Shown: one piece after another, positions 61,794 through 63,072 of the stretch
Layout: every line of letters begins with the position of its first letter
How positions within the stretch are numbered: position 1 is the first letter of the stretch
NCBI GenBank assembly: GCA_035635575.1
Contig: DASQAV010000008.1
Coordinates: 1-63,072 of the forward strand
DNA length: 63,072 nt
DNA from: Candidatus Dormiibacterota bacterium
Lineage (GTDB): Bacteria > Eisenbacteria > RBG-16-71-46 > SZUA-252
Direction of reading: 5' to 3'
The notes under the pieces: model-generated
Databases searched by the model: none
What the model saw: the letters and a program-made list of their open reading frames with translations, nothing else
Told to the model about the DNA's origin: nothing
Translations under genes and position numbers: made by a program

Positions 61794-62779
61794 GCGAGCA
61801 CGGCCTCCCGCGCCGCGGCGTACTGGCGCTCGGGCGCCGCGGAAGGCACCGCGCACCCGGGGCCCAGGATGAACCGTGTCCCTCCGGATTCCTCGATGGC
61901 GGCGCGCGCCTCGGCCTGCACTGCCTCCGGCGTACCCGCGACCATCGTCCGCTCGTGATCGATGCCGCTCAGGAGCGTTTTCTGCGTGTGCTTCCGGACA
62001 TCTGGGATTGAGGGATTCCCGGGCTCATGGTTCGCCCAGGAGACAACCTGGACCGGATAGTCGAGATGCTCGCGCACGAAGGCGTGCGGGCCGCAGACGT
62101 GGATCACGTTCATGGCGCCCCGCTTCGCCTCTTCGAGCACGCGAAGGTCGTAGGGGCGGCCGAATTCCTCGAGCAGCGCCTTGTCGATCCGGGTCGTGTT
62201 CCCGTAGTCGGTCGTCGCGAAGAAGATCCCCGCGGCGCCGCGCTGCATCGTCTCGCGGACGAACGCCGTGAAGGTCTGCGTGATCGCGCGAAGGGCTCCG
62301 TGGACGCGCTCGCCGTGGCGGCGCAGATGCTCCACGAAGCGGGCGTCGTCATTGATGAGATCCGCCGCGATCGAAACGGGATTGAACACGGTCATGACCC
62401 AGTCGGTCTCCCCCTGGATCTTGGCCGCGATTCGCTCCTCGGCGTCGAGCATCTCGCCGAGCGTTCCCTTGGTAGGATCCAGCGGCGTGATGAGCTCCCA
62501 GTCCTGGGGCTCGCGGACCGGCGATCGGACCACCTTGGGCTTGTCGAGCGGGCCCTTGCCCGGCCTCTCGGTCTTCACGCCCCAGTCCTCCACGTGATAG
62601 GAGGCGCGCGGGTTCACCTTCATGAAATCCCAGTCGTACTTCTTCTGGAATTCGAGCATTGCCTCCGCCAGCTCCGCGGCCGAGCCCTCCCGGTCGTAGA
62701 AGTGCCGCCAGAAGGACATGGGCGGCCGGTCGGTGCGCTCACCCTGTAAGGTTTTCTGGATCCGCTCACGCCGCGTCAT
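61784..62779 (-). CDS. uroporphyrinogen decarboxylase (URO-D) family protein, function unclear
   Basis: 331 aa. ...[11 protein letters not shown]..., [25 protein letters not shown] resemble the URO-D/MtaA-like TIM-barrel family. No neighbouring heme genes. Confidence 0.75.
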   Translation of the reverse strand: MTRRERIQKTLQGERTDRPPMSFWRHFYDREGSAAELAEAMLEFQKKYDWDFMKVNPRASYHVEDWGVKTERPGKGPLDKPKVVRSPVREPQDWELITPLDPTKGTLGEMLDAEERIAAKIQGETDWVMTVFNPVSIAADLINDDARFVEHLRRHGERVHGALRAITQTFTAFVRETMQRGAAGIFFATTDYGNTTRIDKALLEEFGRPYDLRVLEEAKRGAMNVIHVCGPHAFVREHLDYPVQVVSWANHEPGNPSIPDVRKHTQKTLLSGIDHERTMVAGTPEAVQAEARAAIEESGGTRFILGPGCAVPSAAPERQYAAAREAVLACA

Positions 62780-62922
62780 GAAACTCCCCGACTCATGAGG
62801 TCGAGCTTATGTGCTTGCAAGTCGTTACAGGCGGGCACAAGATTGTGATGGTACACGGAACCCCTCCCCCTCACAAGCCCGCTCGAGCCTCTTCCGGAGC
62901 GCCGACCGACTGGAGGCACCGC

Positions 62923-63072
62923 GTGCAACTCCTTCGACTGCGACACCTTCCGGGTATTCATCTCCGAGTCCTTTGGATGCTGGTCGTGCCCCTGGCGCTT
63001 CTAACCTTGCCCCGCCCGGCCTTTGCTTCGGAACGCCCCATCACCGTCCAGCTGGGCGGCGGGCTTCGTTTC
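62923..63072 (+). CDS. signal-peptide protein, 5' part only (runs off the right edge)
   Basis: GTG 62923 is preceded by GGAGG (62912-62916). Translation is VQLLRLRHLPGIHLRVLWMLVVPLALLTLPRPAFASERPITVQLGGGLRF, with a basic n-region, hydrophobic core and AFA-S cleavage-like site. Open to the window end. Confidence 0.4.
   Translation, partial: MQLLRLRHLPGIHLRVLWMLVVPLALLTLPRPAFASERPITVQLGGGLRF

Noticed and set aside
62800-62850. CTTGCAAG palindrome and nearby partial inverted repeats in the 62780-62922 intergenic region.
   Set aside because: The arms do not pair beyond the 8-bp palindrome. I could not derive a convincing promoter or operator architecture.
62776-62961. 61-aa minus-strand ORF whose stop overlaps the URO-D-family start (ATGA).
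   Set aside because: The translation is Arg/Gly/Ser-rich (GRRSGRGSSGLVRGRGS) and uses codons that are rare elsewhere in the window (AGA, AGG, GGA, CTT). It also overlaps the better-supported plus-strand signal-peptide ORF and the divergent promoter region.
1-63072. Search for tRNA/rRNA genes, CRISPR repeats, IS elements, integrases, toxin-antitoxin or known defence-system genes.
   Set aside because: None seen. Intergenic space is minimal, and every ORF longer than about 130 codons that I accept has a housekeeping, envelope or glycosylation-type identity. There are no direct or inverted terminal repeats, and no abrupt AT-rich island.

Overview
GC-rich bacterial chromosomal window, visibly biased to G/C at third codon positions. 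Gene packing is very tight and about 95 percent of the coding is on the minus strand. I found no rRNA, tRNA, CRISPR array, transposase or integrase.

Contents in coordinate order:
1. 1-2918: the 5' part of an MJ0042-type zinc-ribbon gene, then recG and a divergent rpmB.
2. 2977-19814: a complete, compact dcw/mra cluster on the minus strand, in the order mraZ, STAS-like ORF, rsmH, ftsL, ftsI, murE, murF, mraY, murD, ftsW, murG, murC, ftsQ, ftsA, ftsZ. Upstream lies a sigma70-like promoter with 10-bp phased GTGGGG MraZ-type boxes.
3. 20027-42715: a glycosylation supercluster of about 23 kb with 12 predicted glycosyltransferases (5 GT4, 1 TuaH-like GT-B, 4 GT2, 2 GT-C). It includes two modules that pair a polyprenyl-phosphate-sugar synthase with a periplasmic GT-C: Ppm1-like with YfhO-like, and ArnC/GtrB-like with a UPF0104 flippase-like protein and a DUF2723-TPR protein. 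It also holds a GT2 fused to a degenerate WbaP-like phosphoglycosyltransferase, a FemAB-like acyltransferase, a secreted beta-propeller protein with a T9SS/FlgD-Ig-type C-terminal domain, an epimerase and a methyltransferase.
4. 42719-47714: a metallophosphoesterase, nusB and a ribD-ribE-ribBA-ribH operon behind a textbook FMN riboswitch with an intrinsic terminator.
5. 47706-55421: a 939-aa secreted protein of unknown function with the same type of C-terminal domain, a TPR plus SLH-like lipoprotein, radC and a 982-aa PpiD/SurA-like chaperone.
6. 55576-63072: mgtE, then a minus-strand operon of URO-D-family gene, panD, NfeD, SPFH, lpdA and lipA, and a partial signal-peptide ORF at the right edge.

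The most interesting material is the glycosylation supercluster. It has no intact initiating transferase and no Wzx/Wzy/ABC exporter, which points to periplasmic glycosylation of proteins or wall polymers. It is physically chained to both the rib-nusB operon and the dcw operon. The second point of interest is the extra STAS-like gene inside the mraZ-rsmH junction.

All product calls come from motif recognition by eye. No database search was run. Lineage cannot be fixed from this window; the CTD-type sorting domains suggest an FCB-group-like organism.
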